From contig OZ252239.1 of assembly GCA_965249485.1 (NCBI GenBank), forward strand, positions 770,445-834,444: DNA of 64,000 nucleotides. The letters run 5' to 3'. The position numbers and the translations under genes were made by a program. A model generated the notes under the pieces. It made no database searches and had not been told where the DNA came from. It worked only from the letters and a program-made list of their open reading frames with translations. Shown one piece after another: positions 50,321 through 58,589 of the stretch. The stretch comes from a bacterium (lineage in GTDB: Bacteria > SM23-31). How positions within the stretch are numbered: position 1 is the first letter of the stretch; every line of letters starts with the position of its first letter.

Positions 50321-52705
50321 ATGAAATTTAGTGTGTCATTTTATTGTTTTCTCTTCATATCCATTTTTTCTTTTAACCACATATTTGCCCAATCTGCCAT
50401 TAGGGTAACCGGAACTGTGATTGACAGTGAAACAGGGGTTCCGCTCAGCGGAGCAAATATTCTTGTCGAAGAGGCGAAAATCGGTGCAGCAAGCGATGCA
50501 GACGGCTCATTTACAATCCGTAACATCCCGCAGGGCAACTACACGCTTAGTGCAAGTTATGTTGGTTACGATGTCAGAAAAGAGAGAATTATCCTGAACG
50601 ATAGAGCGCTAAATATAAAGTTCATTTTAACACCAAAAATAACCGAAACATCGGAAGTTATTGTAACGTCGACACGGGCCCGCAAACGGGAAACACCGAT
50701 TGCATTCTCAAACCTTTCGAAAGAAGATATACAGCAGAGGTATCGTGCACAGGATGTCCCTTTTTTTTTGACAGAGCTGCCAGGAATCAATGCCTATTCG
50801 ACCAACGGAAATGGTATCGGTTACTCATACATCACTGTGCGCGGATTCAACCAGAGCAGAGTCGCTGTTCTCATTAACGGCATACCGCAGAATGATCCGG
50901 AAACGCACGACGTTTACTGGATCGATCTGCCCGATATTCTGGCAAGTGTGGAGGATGTACAAGTACAGCGCGGTGTCGGCAGTTCGCTCTACGGCGGATA
51001 CGGAATCGGCGGTACGATCAATCTCGAGACCAATAATTTCACCCATAACAGGGAAATCGATATCAAGTCGAGTGTCGGCAGCTTTAACACAAGAAAGTTC
51101 ACTCTCTCATTCAACTCGGGACTTATCGATAATTCATGGGCAATGAATACCCGGTTTTCGCGAATTCTGAGTGATGGCTACCGAGATCAGTCATGGGTAG
51201 ACCTCTGGTCTTACTATATCAGTGCTGTCCGGTACGGAGTTTCGACCACAACACGAGTCAATCTTTACGGGGGCCCGGAAAAAACTCATTTTGCTTTTTT
51301 TGGCGCTACACAGGCGGAACTGCAGCAGAATAGAAAATTTAATCCATCTGTTTTTAAAGACGACACGGATGATTTCAACCAGCCCCATTATGAGATTATA
51401 CATGATTGGGACATCAATGAAAATACCCGGTTGTCAAATACTGTCTTTTATATCAAAGGAGATGGTCATTTCCTGTTTCGTGCCCCCCGTCCATTTGACC
51501 CGACATTTGAAGATGTTGTCCAGAAAGACCTCCTCGATATTAAACAATATGGCTGGCTTCCCCGGTTTGAGCTAGAACATAAGGACGGCACGTTTATGAT
51601 CGGTGGTGAAGCCCGTTACAACTGGACTCGCCACTGGAAAGAGATTCAGACAAGTTTTCAAGCGCCGACTAACTTTTCGGATAATAGTTACGATGTGCCA
51701 TACGACTACATCGGGAAAAAATGGATGTACACCCTTTATGCCCACGAACTCTACAACCTAACACCACGTCTGACAGCAATGGTCGGTCTCCAGTTCATGT
51801 ACCACCGGTACGATGTTGGTGAAGACAAGGTACGGAACGTGGCATTCGATGTCGATTATTCGTTTCTGACTCCCCGACTTGGCCTAAACTATAACGCCAC
51901 AGATAATCTTAATGTATTTGGAAACTACTCTCAGGCGCGTCGGGAACCGTCAATGCGCGATTTGTGGGACCCGAGCGGTGTGTTCAATTTTCCGACGGCA
52001 ACACCATTTGCATTTAACACAATTGACGAAGCAAAGGGTATTTGGAAAGATCCATTTATTGTTCCCGAAGAACTCAGTGACTGGGAGCTCGGTGTCGGCT
52101 ATCAAAGACCGGGACTGCAGGCATCGGTCAACGGTTATATTATGGATTTTGAGAATGAGATCGTGAACAGCGGGTATATCGGTGTGAGCGGTGAAGCGAT
52201 CCGGAGTAACGCGGCGCGTACAATGCACAGAGGATTAGAGATGTCGCTCCGCTATGCACCGGTTACCATGATCGATTTTTCTTCCAATGTGACGATCAGC
52301 GAAAACTTTTTCAAATCAGGATCGCTGTTTGATTTTACAAATCAGCCGGTTAATGTACAAGATAAGACAATAGCCAACTTCCCCGAATTCATGTCAAATA
52401 ATCGTATTACTGTCCGGCACGATGATGCTTCGGTGTCATTCTATGTCCGTCATGTTGGCAAGCAGTATCTCGACAACACCCAGAATGAAAACCGCATCAT
52501 CGATCCATATACAGTAAGCTCTCTGTCACTGGCATACGGGCTGCGAAATATCGGTGAACTGCAGAAAATCGAGCTACTGCTCGATTTTTACAATCTTTTC
52601 GACACCGAATACGAGACCTATGGTCATATTGATTTCTTCGGAAATCCTGCATGGATACCAGGCGCCGAGCGCCACTTCTTATTTACTATTCGGGGAGTCT
52701 TATAG
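50321..52705 (+). CDS. TonB-dependent outer-membrane receptor with an N-terminal CarboxypepD_reg domain; probably a thiamine/TPP transporter
   Basis: 794 aa, signal peptide, plug domain, beta-barrel with a C-terminal aromatic-rich strand. RBS AAGGAGG. Directly downstream of a TPP riboswitch. Confidence 0.9.
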   Translation: MKFSVSFYCFLFISIFSFNHIFAQSAIRVTGTVIDSETGVPLSGANILVEEAKIGAASDADGSFTIRNIPQGNYTLSASYVGYDVRKERIILNDRALNIKFILTPKITETSEVIVTSTRARKRETPIAFSNLSKEDIQQRYRAQDVPFFLTELPGINAYSTNGNGIGYSYITVRGFNQSRVAVLINGIPQNDPETHDVYWIDLPDILASVEDVQVQRGVGSSLYGGYGIGGTINLETNNFTHNREIDIKSSVGSFNTRKFTLSFNSGLIDNSWAMNTRFSRILSDGYRDQSWVDLWSYYISAVRYGVSTTTRVNLYGGPEKTHFAFFGATQAELQQNRKFNPSVFKDDTDDFNQPHYEIIHDWDINENTRLSNTVFYIKGDGHFLFRAPRPFDPTFEDVVQKDLLDIKQYGWLPRFELEHKDGTFMIGGEARYNWTRHWKEIQTSFQAPTNFSDNSYDVPYDYIGKKWMYTLYAHELYNLTPRLTAMVGLQFMYHRYDVGEDKVRNVAFDVDYSFLTPRLGLNYNATDNLNVFGNYSQARREPSMRDLWDPSGVFNFPTATPFAFNTIDEAKGIWKDPFIVPEELSDWELGVGYQRPGLQASVNGYIMDFENEIVNSGYIGVSGEAIRSNAARTMHRGLEMSLRYAPVTMIDFSSNVTISENFFKSGSLFDFTNQPVNVQDKTIANFPEFMSNNRITVRHDDASVSFYVRHVGKQYLDNTQNENRIIDPYTVSSLSLAYGLRNIGELQKIELLLDFYNLFDTEYETYGHIDFFGNPAWIPGAERHFLFTIRGVL

Positions 52706-53047
52706 GTAAATAAAGTTCGATTGTTAAGTAAGGAATGTATTTATAGTCGTTTATTGGATGTGCAAAATGTTATTCCATTATCAAATAGATGTATAATGTA
52801 GTTTCAGTTAACGAAGCTGGAGAACTGGCAGAACCGGAAGGAATGGTTCTTTCAGTGTAAGCATAGCGATTCTGACTTCGGATGAATACCGAGAAGCACA
52901 GCTCGAAGCACGATTTCTGGAAAAATGGAAATCACAACTTGGTGGGTGTTATTGAAAAGAGGGCAGATTTACTCTGCCTCCTGATGTATAAAAGTGGTGC
53001 AGACTGACATGGTGACTTGGTAAATCACGTGAATAATGCCGGTCATG

Positions 53048-54052
53048 CTATTTTGACCCGCCGCCGATATTCTGCAGGTTATCCTGCGATTTACCATTGA
53101 CTTCAATAATCCGAAGGTTATTCTGTTCGGACTCCGCAATAAAATCCATTGGATCAGTAGGCTCATCGTCAACCCATATCTGATAATGCAAATGGGGTCC
53201 TGTCGATCTACCCGTGCTTCCCACTGTTCCGATAATATCGCCCCCTTTGACCATGTCTCCCTTCTTAACAAGGATTGAATTGAGGTGGCCGTATTGCGTG
53301 AGTACCTCGTACTTGTGATCGATAATGATGGTATTACCCCATAACCGTTTCTCCCCTGCAAAGGATATGACACCGTCACCGGGAACCACAATTGGGGTAT
53401 TCTTTTTATTGACAATATCTATTCCACCGTGAATTGCAACAGTCTCGGTAAAAGGGGATTGTCTCAGTCCGAATTGTGAAGCAAGCCGGCCTGTTAAAGG
53501 CAGACCTTCCGGGACTGACGCTAATCTGTCTAACATCGTATCAAAGCTTTGTGATGTAGTTGTCAAATCGTTCATGATTTTAGAAAGATATGACGAAATA
53601 ATCAGGGGAGACTCGGGAAAATTGTCAATTGAATGATCAAACGATGGTTTACCATAAACGTTCTGATGCGATTTGTCAAAATCACCGTTTCTATAACCGC
53701 CAGATGTTTGGAAATAAGGGAGAGTATGTGACAAGTCACTGATAAGATGATTAATTGTCCGTACTGTTTCAGATACGAGTTCCGTGCAATTGCCTATCTT
53801 ATCCATACGTGAAAATAACAGAGTTTCTTCTTTCTGGTATAGTCTGAGCGAATCCTGATACGACCGATATGAGTTAAGTATTGTAGCCGCAAATCCAATT
53901 GACGAAATAACCACGATGGTTACTACTGAAAACAGTATCGATCTGGATATATGAATGGATTTTATATCGCTCTCCTCAGAGAAAAGAGTCAAAGAAATAT
54001 AATCCTGACGCAACAGATTAATAAGAAAACGCATCTTTGGAATATCCTTCAC
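53048..54052 (-). CDS. M23-family peptidoglycan metalloendopeptidase
   Basis: N-terminal TM and coiled-coil. C-terminal LytM domain with HxxxD and HLHYQI motifs. Confidence 0.9.
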   Translation of the reverse strand: MKDIPKMRFLINLLRQDYISLTLFSEESDIKSIHISRSILFSVVTIVVISSIGFAATILNSYRSYQDSLRLYQKEETLLFSRMDKIGNCTELVSETVRTINHLISDLSHTLPYFQTSGGYRNGDFDKSHQNVYGKPSFDHSIDNFPESPLIISSYLSKIMNDLTTTSQSFDTMLDRLASVPEGLPLTGRLASQFGLRQSPFTETVAIHGGIDIVNKKNTPIVVPGDGVISFAGEKRLWGNTIIIDHKYEVLTQYGHLNSILVKKGDMVKGGDIIGTVGSTGRSTGPHLHYQIWVDDEPTDPMDFIAESEQNNLRIIEVNGKSQDNLQNIGGGSK

Positions 54053-54389
54053 GTTTTTGAGTCGAATCTAGCAAACTTCGAGTAATTTCGTTTTCGTCAC
54101 ACGTTGAAAACAGGCTGTCTTCAACAATAGAAATCGTCATAAGCCCCCGCTCAATTTCAGTACGAAGCAGTAATAGTGTACTTTTGTTAGAATCATAGAG
54201 ATACGCTTTCTCCTGAAAATACGAATTTACCCGCCAAGTCAGAGTGAATATTACCGACACAGACAGCATTAAAATTGAGAACCATAGAAAAAACCGTTTC
54301 CCGCTGACAGGAATTGTATAACTTTGAGAATCTCTTGACAAAGATATGAGAAGACGTTTGTGTAAACTATTATAGAAAAATATTCGCAT
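54018..54389 (-). CDS. Hypothetical small membrane protein upstream of and overlapping the M23 peptidase gene
   Basis: 123-aa ORF with one TM segment. No family recognised. Confidence 0.3.
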   Translation of the reverse strand: MRIFFYNSLHKRLLISLSRDSQSYTIPVSGKRFFLWFSILMLSVSVIFTLTWRVNSYFQEKAYLYDSNKSTLLLLRTEIERGLMTISIVEDSLFSTCDENEITRSLLDSTQKREGYSKDAFSY

Positions 54390-54765
54390 TATTAATCTTT
54401 TTCATTGTAAGGTTCGGTATCAGCGAAAAAAGGTGCCCCGTTTTAAACACTATGTGCAAATATGGACAGCCCGGTATGCATTATTACACATACCCGAATG
54501 TGATAATTAGTTATATTTGATTTGCGTAAGCATGAACTGGCTTCAATATAACCGATTGATTCATTGGGATGTAATACAATCGCAAAATAGATACCAGGAA
54601 ATTTCTCATGTTGTATCCCGGAAAAACTTTGCGATGGATAAACAATATTTTGTCATGTTGTTCGCAATACCGGGTGATTGTTGTAAACTTTTTTGATTGA
54701 TTTTTTTGAAAGAAATATTTATATTCTGTGTCTCTTAATATGTGCCTGAGCACTTCGGGGTGTAG

Positions 54766-54843
54766 CGCAGTCCGGTTAGCGCACCTGCTTTGGGAGCAGG
54801 GGGTCGGAGGTTCAAATCCTCTCACCCCGACCAGCGTTCACAG
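54766..54843 (+). tRNA. tRNA-Pro (anticodon TGG), CCA encoded
   Basis: Manual cloverleaf: acceptor CGGGGTG/CACCCCG, D-stem GCGC, anticodon stem CCTGC/GCAGG with loop TTTGGGA, T-arm GGAGG-TTCAAAT-CCTCT. Confidence 0.85.
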
Positions 54844-54893
54844 TCTGGATGAAATGAAAACCGCGCTCACGAATGCTAAGGGACTCGATGGAT

Positions 54894-54967
54894 GCGCCAG
54901 TAGCTCAACTGGACAGAGCAACGGCCTTCTAAGCCGTAGGTTGAAGGTTCGAGTCCTTCCTGGCGTA
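54894..54967 (+). tRNA. tRNA-Arg (anticodon TCT)
   Basis: Acceptor GCGCCAG/CTGGCGT, D-stem GCTC/GAGC, anticodon stem ACGGC/GCCGT with loop CTTCTAA, T-arm GAAGG-TTCGAGT-CCTTC. Confidence 0.85.
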
Positions 54968-55027
54968 CACTTTTAAACACGCCAAAGCACATTAAGGGGA
55001 ATGAGTTTCTGCCGAGTAAGATTTTAC

Positions 55028-55102
55028 GGTGGGAGTAGCTCAGTTGGTTAGAGCACTGGATTGTGGTTCCAGGGGTCGCGGGTTCGATTCCCGTCTTCCA
55101 CC
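55028..55102 (+). tRNA. tRNA-His (anticodon GTG) with G-1
   Basis: G-1 plus acceptor GTGGGAG/CTTCCAC, discriminator C, anticodon stem CTGGA/TCCAG with loop TTGTGGT, T-arm GCGGG-TTCGATT-CCCGT. Confidence 0.85.
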
Positions 55103-55147
55103 CTAAAGGCAGATCGGTCATCCCCACCCAACATACAAAGCTTACAT

Positions 55148-55219
55148 GTCCCCTTCGTCTAGTGGTTAGGACTCATGGTTTTCGACCATGCAACAGGGGT
55201 TCGACTCCCCTAGGGGACG
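55148..55219 (+). tRNA. tRNA-Glu (anticodon TTC)
   Basis: Acceptor GTCCCCT/AGGGGAC, anticodon stem CATGG/CCATG with loop TTTTCGA, T-arm AGGGG-TTCGACT-CCCCT. Confidence 0.85.
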
Positions 55220-55225
55220 CACAGG

Positions 55226-55262
55226 AAAAAGGCCTTCTTGAACCATCAAGAAGGCCTTTTGT
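55226..55262 (+). terminator. Rho-independent terminator after the tRNA cluster
   Basis: AAGGCCTTCTTGA-ACCA-TCAAGAAGGCCTT perfect 13-bp stem followed by TTGTGTT. Confidence 0.7.
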
Positions 55263-55417
55263 GTTATTACTTTATAAACGTAGGGATTTATTAAAAGTAA
55301 CGAGATTTCCTCAATATAAAAACCAGTGGTTAAACTTCACGAGAAAAACATTCGTTGAGTAAAGGTCGAACAGGTCGTGGACGCCATCATTTCCTAACAT
55401 GTAAACAAAGTTTACAT

Positions 55418-55491
55418 GTTCCCTTCGTCTAGTGGTTAGGACTTAAGGGTTTTCAACATTGCAACAGAGGTTCAAATCCTCGGGGAGACCC
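55418..55491 (+). pseudogene. Degenerate tRNA-Glu-like pseudo-tRNA
   Basis: The 5' acceptor and D-arm plus about 25 nt of upstream leader are near-identical to tRNA-Glu at 55148. The T-arm AGAGG-TTCAAAT-CCTCG and acceptor are imperfect. The anticodon stem cannot pair (TAAGG versus ACATT around loop GTTTTCA). Confidence 0.45.
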
Positions 55492-55672
55492 AAGTATTTG
55501 TTAATATACGACTTGTAAATCTTCTTACATGTATTGAGGATTATGTTGTAAGAAAAGAGCAATGAATATAGAATATAGGATAATGAAGATATTAATGAAT
55601 TGACAAACTTAAATTATGTCATAAAATATCGGGGCTAGTCATCGCTTAAGAAATTTTAAACCAAGATGAAAA

Positions 55673-56272
55673 TCAGGAGGATTGTTCTCGTAAAAGGGAG
55701 GCGACATCCTGAGATAAAATCTCCACTTCATTCTTGTCGGTACCTTCGTAATATCCTCGAATACGAGCCTGTCTGTCGATTAGCACGAACTTTGTGCTAT
55801 GAAATACCGGTTCTTCTATCGAACCAATCTTAAATCCTTTGACTGCCAGAGCATGTATGTTCTCTCGTAATCCCGTGAGAAAATACCAGTAATCCGTATC
55901 AGCACCATAGCGGGCTGCGTATTCAGCCATCACTGGAGGCGAATCGTATTCCGGATTGACGGAAATCGAGACTAAACGGACATTATCTTCAAGCTTATAG
56001 GATCGATGAAGAGATGCCATTTGCTTGCTCATGACGGGGCAGGGTCCCGCGCAGGTGGTAAAAATAAAATTCACAATCCAAATCTTTTCCTTCAGATGGT
56101 GTAGAGTAACCTCTTCCGTACTACTGTTTATCAGTGAAAATTCGGGCACCTTACCAAGCACCGGTAACGGATTTTGCCGAGAACTCTGGTCAATATATCC
56201 CGGAATCATTATGATGCTGACAATGACCGAAAGTACAAGCAGGGCAATGAATAATACTATAATTTTTTTCAT
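55673..56272 (-). CDS. SCO1/SenC-family copper chaperone for cytochrome c oxidase
   Basis: Thioredoxin-like fold with the CxxxC copper motif (TCAGPCPVM) and a downstream His. N-terminal TM. Start taken at MKKIIVLFIALL (the ORF track extends to 56323). Confidence 0.8.
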   Translation of the reverse strand: MKKIIVLFIALLVLSVIVSIIMIPGYIDQSSRQNPLPVLGKVPEFSLINSSTEEVTLHHLKEKIWIVNFIFTTCAGPCPVMSKQMASLHRSYKLEDNVRLVSISVNPEYDSPPVMAEYAARYGADTDYWYFLTGLRENIHALAVKGFKIGSIEEPVFHSTKFVLIDRQARIRGYYEGTDKNEVEILSQDVASLLREQSS

Positions 56273-56411
56273 ATAGATTGTATTCCAGACTTTATTGAGA
56301 AGATAAACGTGGTAAAATATCAAAGCTCAATCCGTTGAGTATCTAGCTTATCCGAGACATTCACAATGTCAGACGTAACAATTTCTGAACCTGATTCAAG
56401 GGGTACCTGAA

Positions 56412-57179
56412 TTACCACACTTCCCCAGAACCCTCTTCTTCAAGGAGCTGCTGTTGTTCATCCATCCACACCTGGTATTCTTCCTGAGTATGGACGGTCA
56501 GAAATCCAATCATCCGATAATGGCCAAGACCGCATAGTTGTGCACACCCGATCTGAAATTTACCTGTCTCAACTGGAATAAACCATGTCGGTATCTCCAT
56601 CCCCGGAATTGCATCCTGTTTGACTCGCATAGCGTTGAGAGAAAAACTATGGATAACATCCTTCGAAGAAACATAGATGATAACCGGTTTGTCTACGGGT
56701 AGATGCATCTGATTCAGGGTTATCACGTCGTCGGCAGCAAACAGATCTTTTCTGTCTAATCCCAGCGGATTGACCGCCGTATCAACCAGGTCAATATCCC
56801 TTTTGCCAAATATGCCGTCCGGTCCGGGATAATGGATATTCCATGCGAACTGCTCTCCTACCACCTTTATCACCGTTGACTGAGACTCGTCAGGAAACTC
56901 ATTCACTCGCATTGCCCAGAGGGGAATGGCGAAAGCGAGGAGTAAAACAGCTTCAATTAACGTGACAACACCCTCGAGATACGTGGAGGCATGGCTCTTG
57001 ACGCCGGCGTAGTTCGCTCGTTTATTCTTTGATGCTCGAAAGCGGATCAGGGTATAGATAAAAAATGTTCCCCACCCAACGAACAAAATGAGCATCAACC
57101 AGTGAACGATCCCAATTATATTATCTATGTCAGGCCCATGGGCTGAAGCGCTAGAAGTCATTCCTAAATATTTTTCCAT
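56412..57179 (-). CDS. coxB: Cytochrome c oxidase subunit II
   Basis: Two N-terminal TM helices. CuA site HSFSL...CAQLCGLGHYRM. Confidence 0.9.
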   Translation of the reverse strand: MEKYLGMTSSASAHGPDIDNIIGIVHWLMLILFVGWGTFFIYTLIRFRASKNKRANYAGVKSHASTYLEGVVTLIEAVLLLAFAIPLWAMRVNEFPDESQSTVIKVVGEQFAWNIHYPGPDGIFGKRDIDLVDTAVNPLGLDRKDLFAADDVITLNQMHLPVDKPVIIYVSSKDVIHSFSLNAMRVKQDAIPGMEIPTWFIPVETGKFQIGCAQLCGLGHYRMIGFLTVHTQEEYQVWMDEQQQLLEEEGSGEVW

Positions 57180-57219
57180 GGTACTCCCGGTTCTTCATTT
57201 ATTCGATGATACGTTTCTA

Positions 57220-57459
57220 CTATCCCTGCTTCAACATCCTCTTCGCTCTATTCCGCAAATAAATCATGAAAGTTATAATGCTTCCCAGGACACTGCCGGT
57301 CACACCCAACATCAGAAATATCGCCATATTCATTCCGGCCGTCATCGGATCATCAGGTGCACCATAACAGGTTGCACAAGCCCGGGCTAAATTTGGGATT
57401 ATCAAAAGCGAGAAAGCCACAGTCAACTTTACAACAAAGACGTCAATATTAGTTTTCAT
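57220..57459 (-). CDS. Small membrane protein with a CxxC motif in the cox operon
   Basis: 79 aa. ACATCYGAPDDPM followed by a TM helix. Positioned between coxB and coxIV-like genes. Confidence 0.4.
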   Translation of the reverse strand: MKTNIDVFVVKLTVAFSLLIIPNLARACATCYGAPDDPMTAGMNMAIFLMLGVTGSVLGSIITFMIYLRNRAKRMLKQG

Positions 57460-57465
57460 ACCACC

Positions 57466-57663
57466 TCACATATTCTTAAATTTTTTAAGTATTTTAATCT
57501 CGTAAATTACCAATCCGGCTCCTCCAATTAAGGAACCTATTCCGAGGACAAAATAATTTATATTACCCTGGGTTACGTGATAAAAGATTCCCCAGGCTCC
57601 AAATGCCACTGCTCCGATTATTGAAACAGTAATAAAAAAGATATGGAAATATTTTAAAGACAT
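57466..57663 (-). CDS. Small two-TM membrane protein in the cox operon
   Basis: 65-aa ORF with two hydrophobic helices. 6-nt spacing from the neighbouring ORF. Confidence 0.4.
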   Translation of the reverse strand: MSLKYFHIFFITVSIIGAVAFGAWGIFYHVTQGNINYFVLGIGSLIGGAGLVIYEIKILKKFKNM

Positions 57664-57676
57664 AACTTCATCCCCC

Positions 57677-57982
57677 TTAATTTATTGTTATGGTATCGTA
57701 GTAAGCGATAAGCGGCAATACCATCATCACGATAAGGAATATAGCTGTCAAAATGAGAATAAAATATATGATCGGTTTTTCTCCGGTAAGGTGCATAAAA
57801 TTGATTGCCACCAGGCTTCCTTTGACAGTAGCAATAATCAGAGCGATGATAATTCCCGCAACAACGGTCGTCTTGAGACTAGCCACCGCAACGGTAATAA
57901 CGGTAAGAATTGCCAACGCAACAAACGTTATTACATAAACTTTCAAATGTTTACGCACATGATCTGCGCTCGGGACTGCCAT
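57677..57982 (-). CDS. Prokaryotic cytochrome c oxidase subunit IV-like protein
   Basis: HVRKHLKVYVITFVALAILTVITVAV... resembles COX4_pro. Start taken at MAVPS, preceded by AGGAGG 8 nt downstream of the coxC stop (the ORF track extends to 58102, overlapping coxC). Confidence 0.65.
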   Translation of the reverse strand: MAVPSADHVRKHLKVYVITFVALAILTVITVAVASLKTTVVAGIIIALIIATVKGSLVAINFMHLTGEKPIIYFILILTAIFLIVMMVLPLIAYYDTITIN

Positions 57983-57990
57983 AACTCCTC

Positions 57991-58581
57991 CTATAAAAGA
58001 TAGAATACTGGAAACAGAAATATCCAGATCAAATCGACAAAATGCCAGTATAAACCTGTTACTTCCATCCGATTGGTGAAGCGATCGGGTTCTGTTTCCC
58101 ACATGCGTTTCCCCCGGAAAAGGAAATAGCCGAAAACGACCATACCTCCGATGATGTGCAGCCCATGCAAACCAGTCATCGTAAAATAAATAGCCATATA
58201 GGTACTTTCGCTGGGATAAGTGTTATGGGAAAACTTGGCTCCGTATTCAAGGCCTTTGACAATCAAAAACCCGATTCCCAGAAGCAGGGTAGCACTCATA
58301 TAAATTTTGAATTTGCCAAACTCCTTCATTTTCAAAGAGGCCCAGGACATCACGACAGTGATACTCGATGTGATCAGAATTATTGTGTTCAATGTCCCAA
58401 GAGGAACGTCTTGATGATCGATGCCCTGAGGCCATTCCACCGCACCAACCCTCAATAGGACATACGACGAAAACAGGGCGCCGAACAGCATGATTTCCGA
58501 CGCTAAGAACAGCCACATACCAAGCTTGGCGTTATAGAGCCCTGTATCGGGCCGCGCAGTAGTTGTATAGGGAATTTCCAT
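57991..58581 (-). CDS. coxC: Cytochrome c oxidase subunit III
   Basis: 196 aa, 5 TM. Conserved ...LFLASEIMLFGALF...HVTHG-like blocks of COX3. Confidence 0.9.
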   Translation of the reverse strand: MEIPYTTTARPDTGLYNAKLGMWLFLASEIMLFGALFSSYVLLRVGAVEWPQGIDHQDVPLGTLNTIILITSSITVVMSWASLKMKEFGKFKIYMSATLLLGIGFLIVKGLEYGAKFSHNTYPSESTYMAIYFTMTGLHGLHIIGGMVVFGYFLFRGKRMWETEPDRFTNRMEVTGLYWHFVDLIWIFLFPVFYLL

Positions 58582-58589
58582 GCAGATTA

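Noticed and set aside
52969-53415. 148-aa minus-strand ORF overlapping the M23 peptidase in another frame
   Set aside because: Embedded in the conserved LytM-domain coding region of the same strand, with no independent support.
54728-55362. ORFs 54728..54976(+), 54876..55127(-) and 55063..55362(+)
   Set aside because: They span tRNA genes and the terminator and are not protein-coding.
55418-55491. Possible suppressor or tRNA-Sec with UCA anticodon (loop read as TTTCAAC) that could decode the in-frame TGAs
   Set aside because: No 5-bp anticodon stem can be formed around any loop placement. The length (73 nt) and 7/5 architecture are wrong for tRNA-Sec. The gene is best explained as a decayed tRNA-Glu duplicate.
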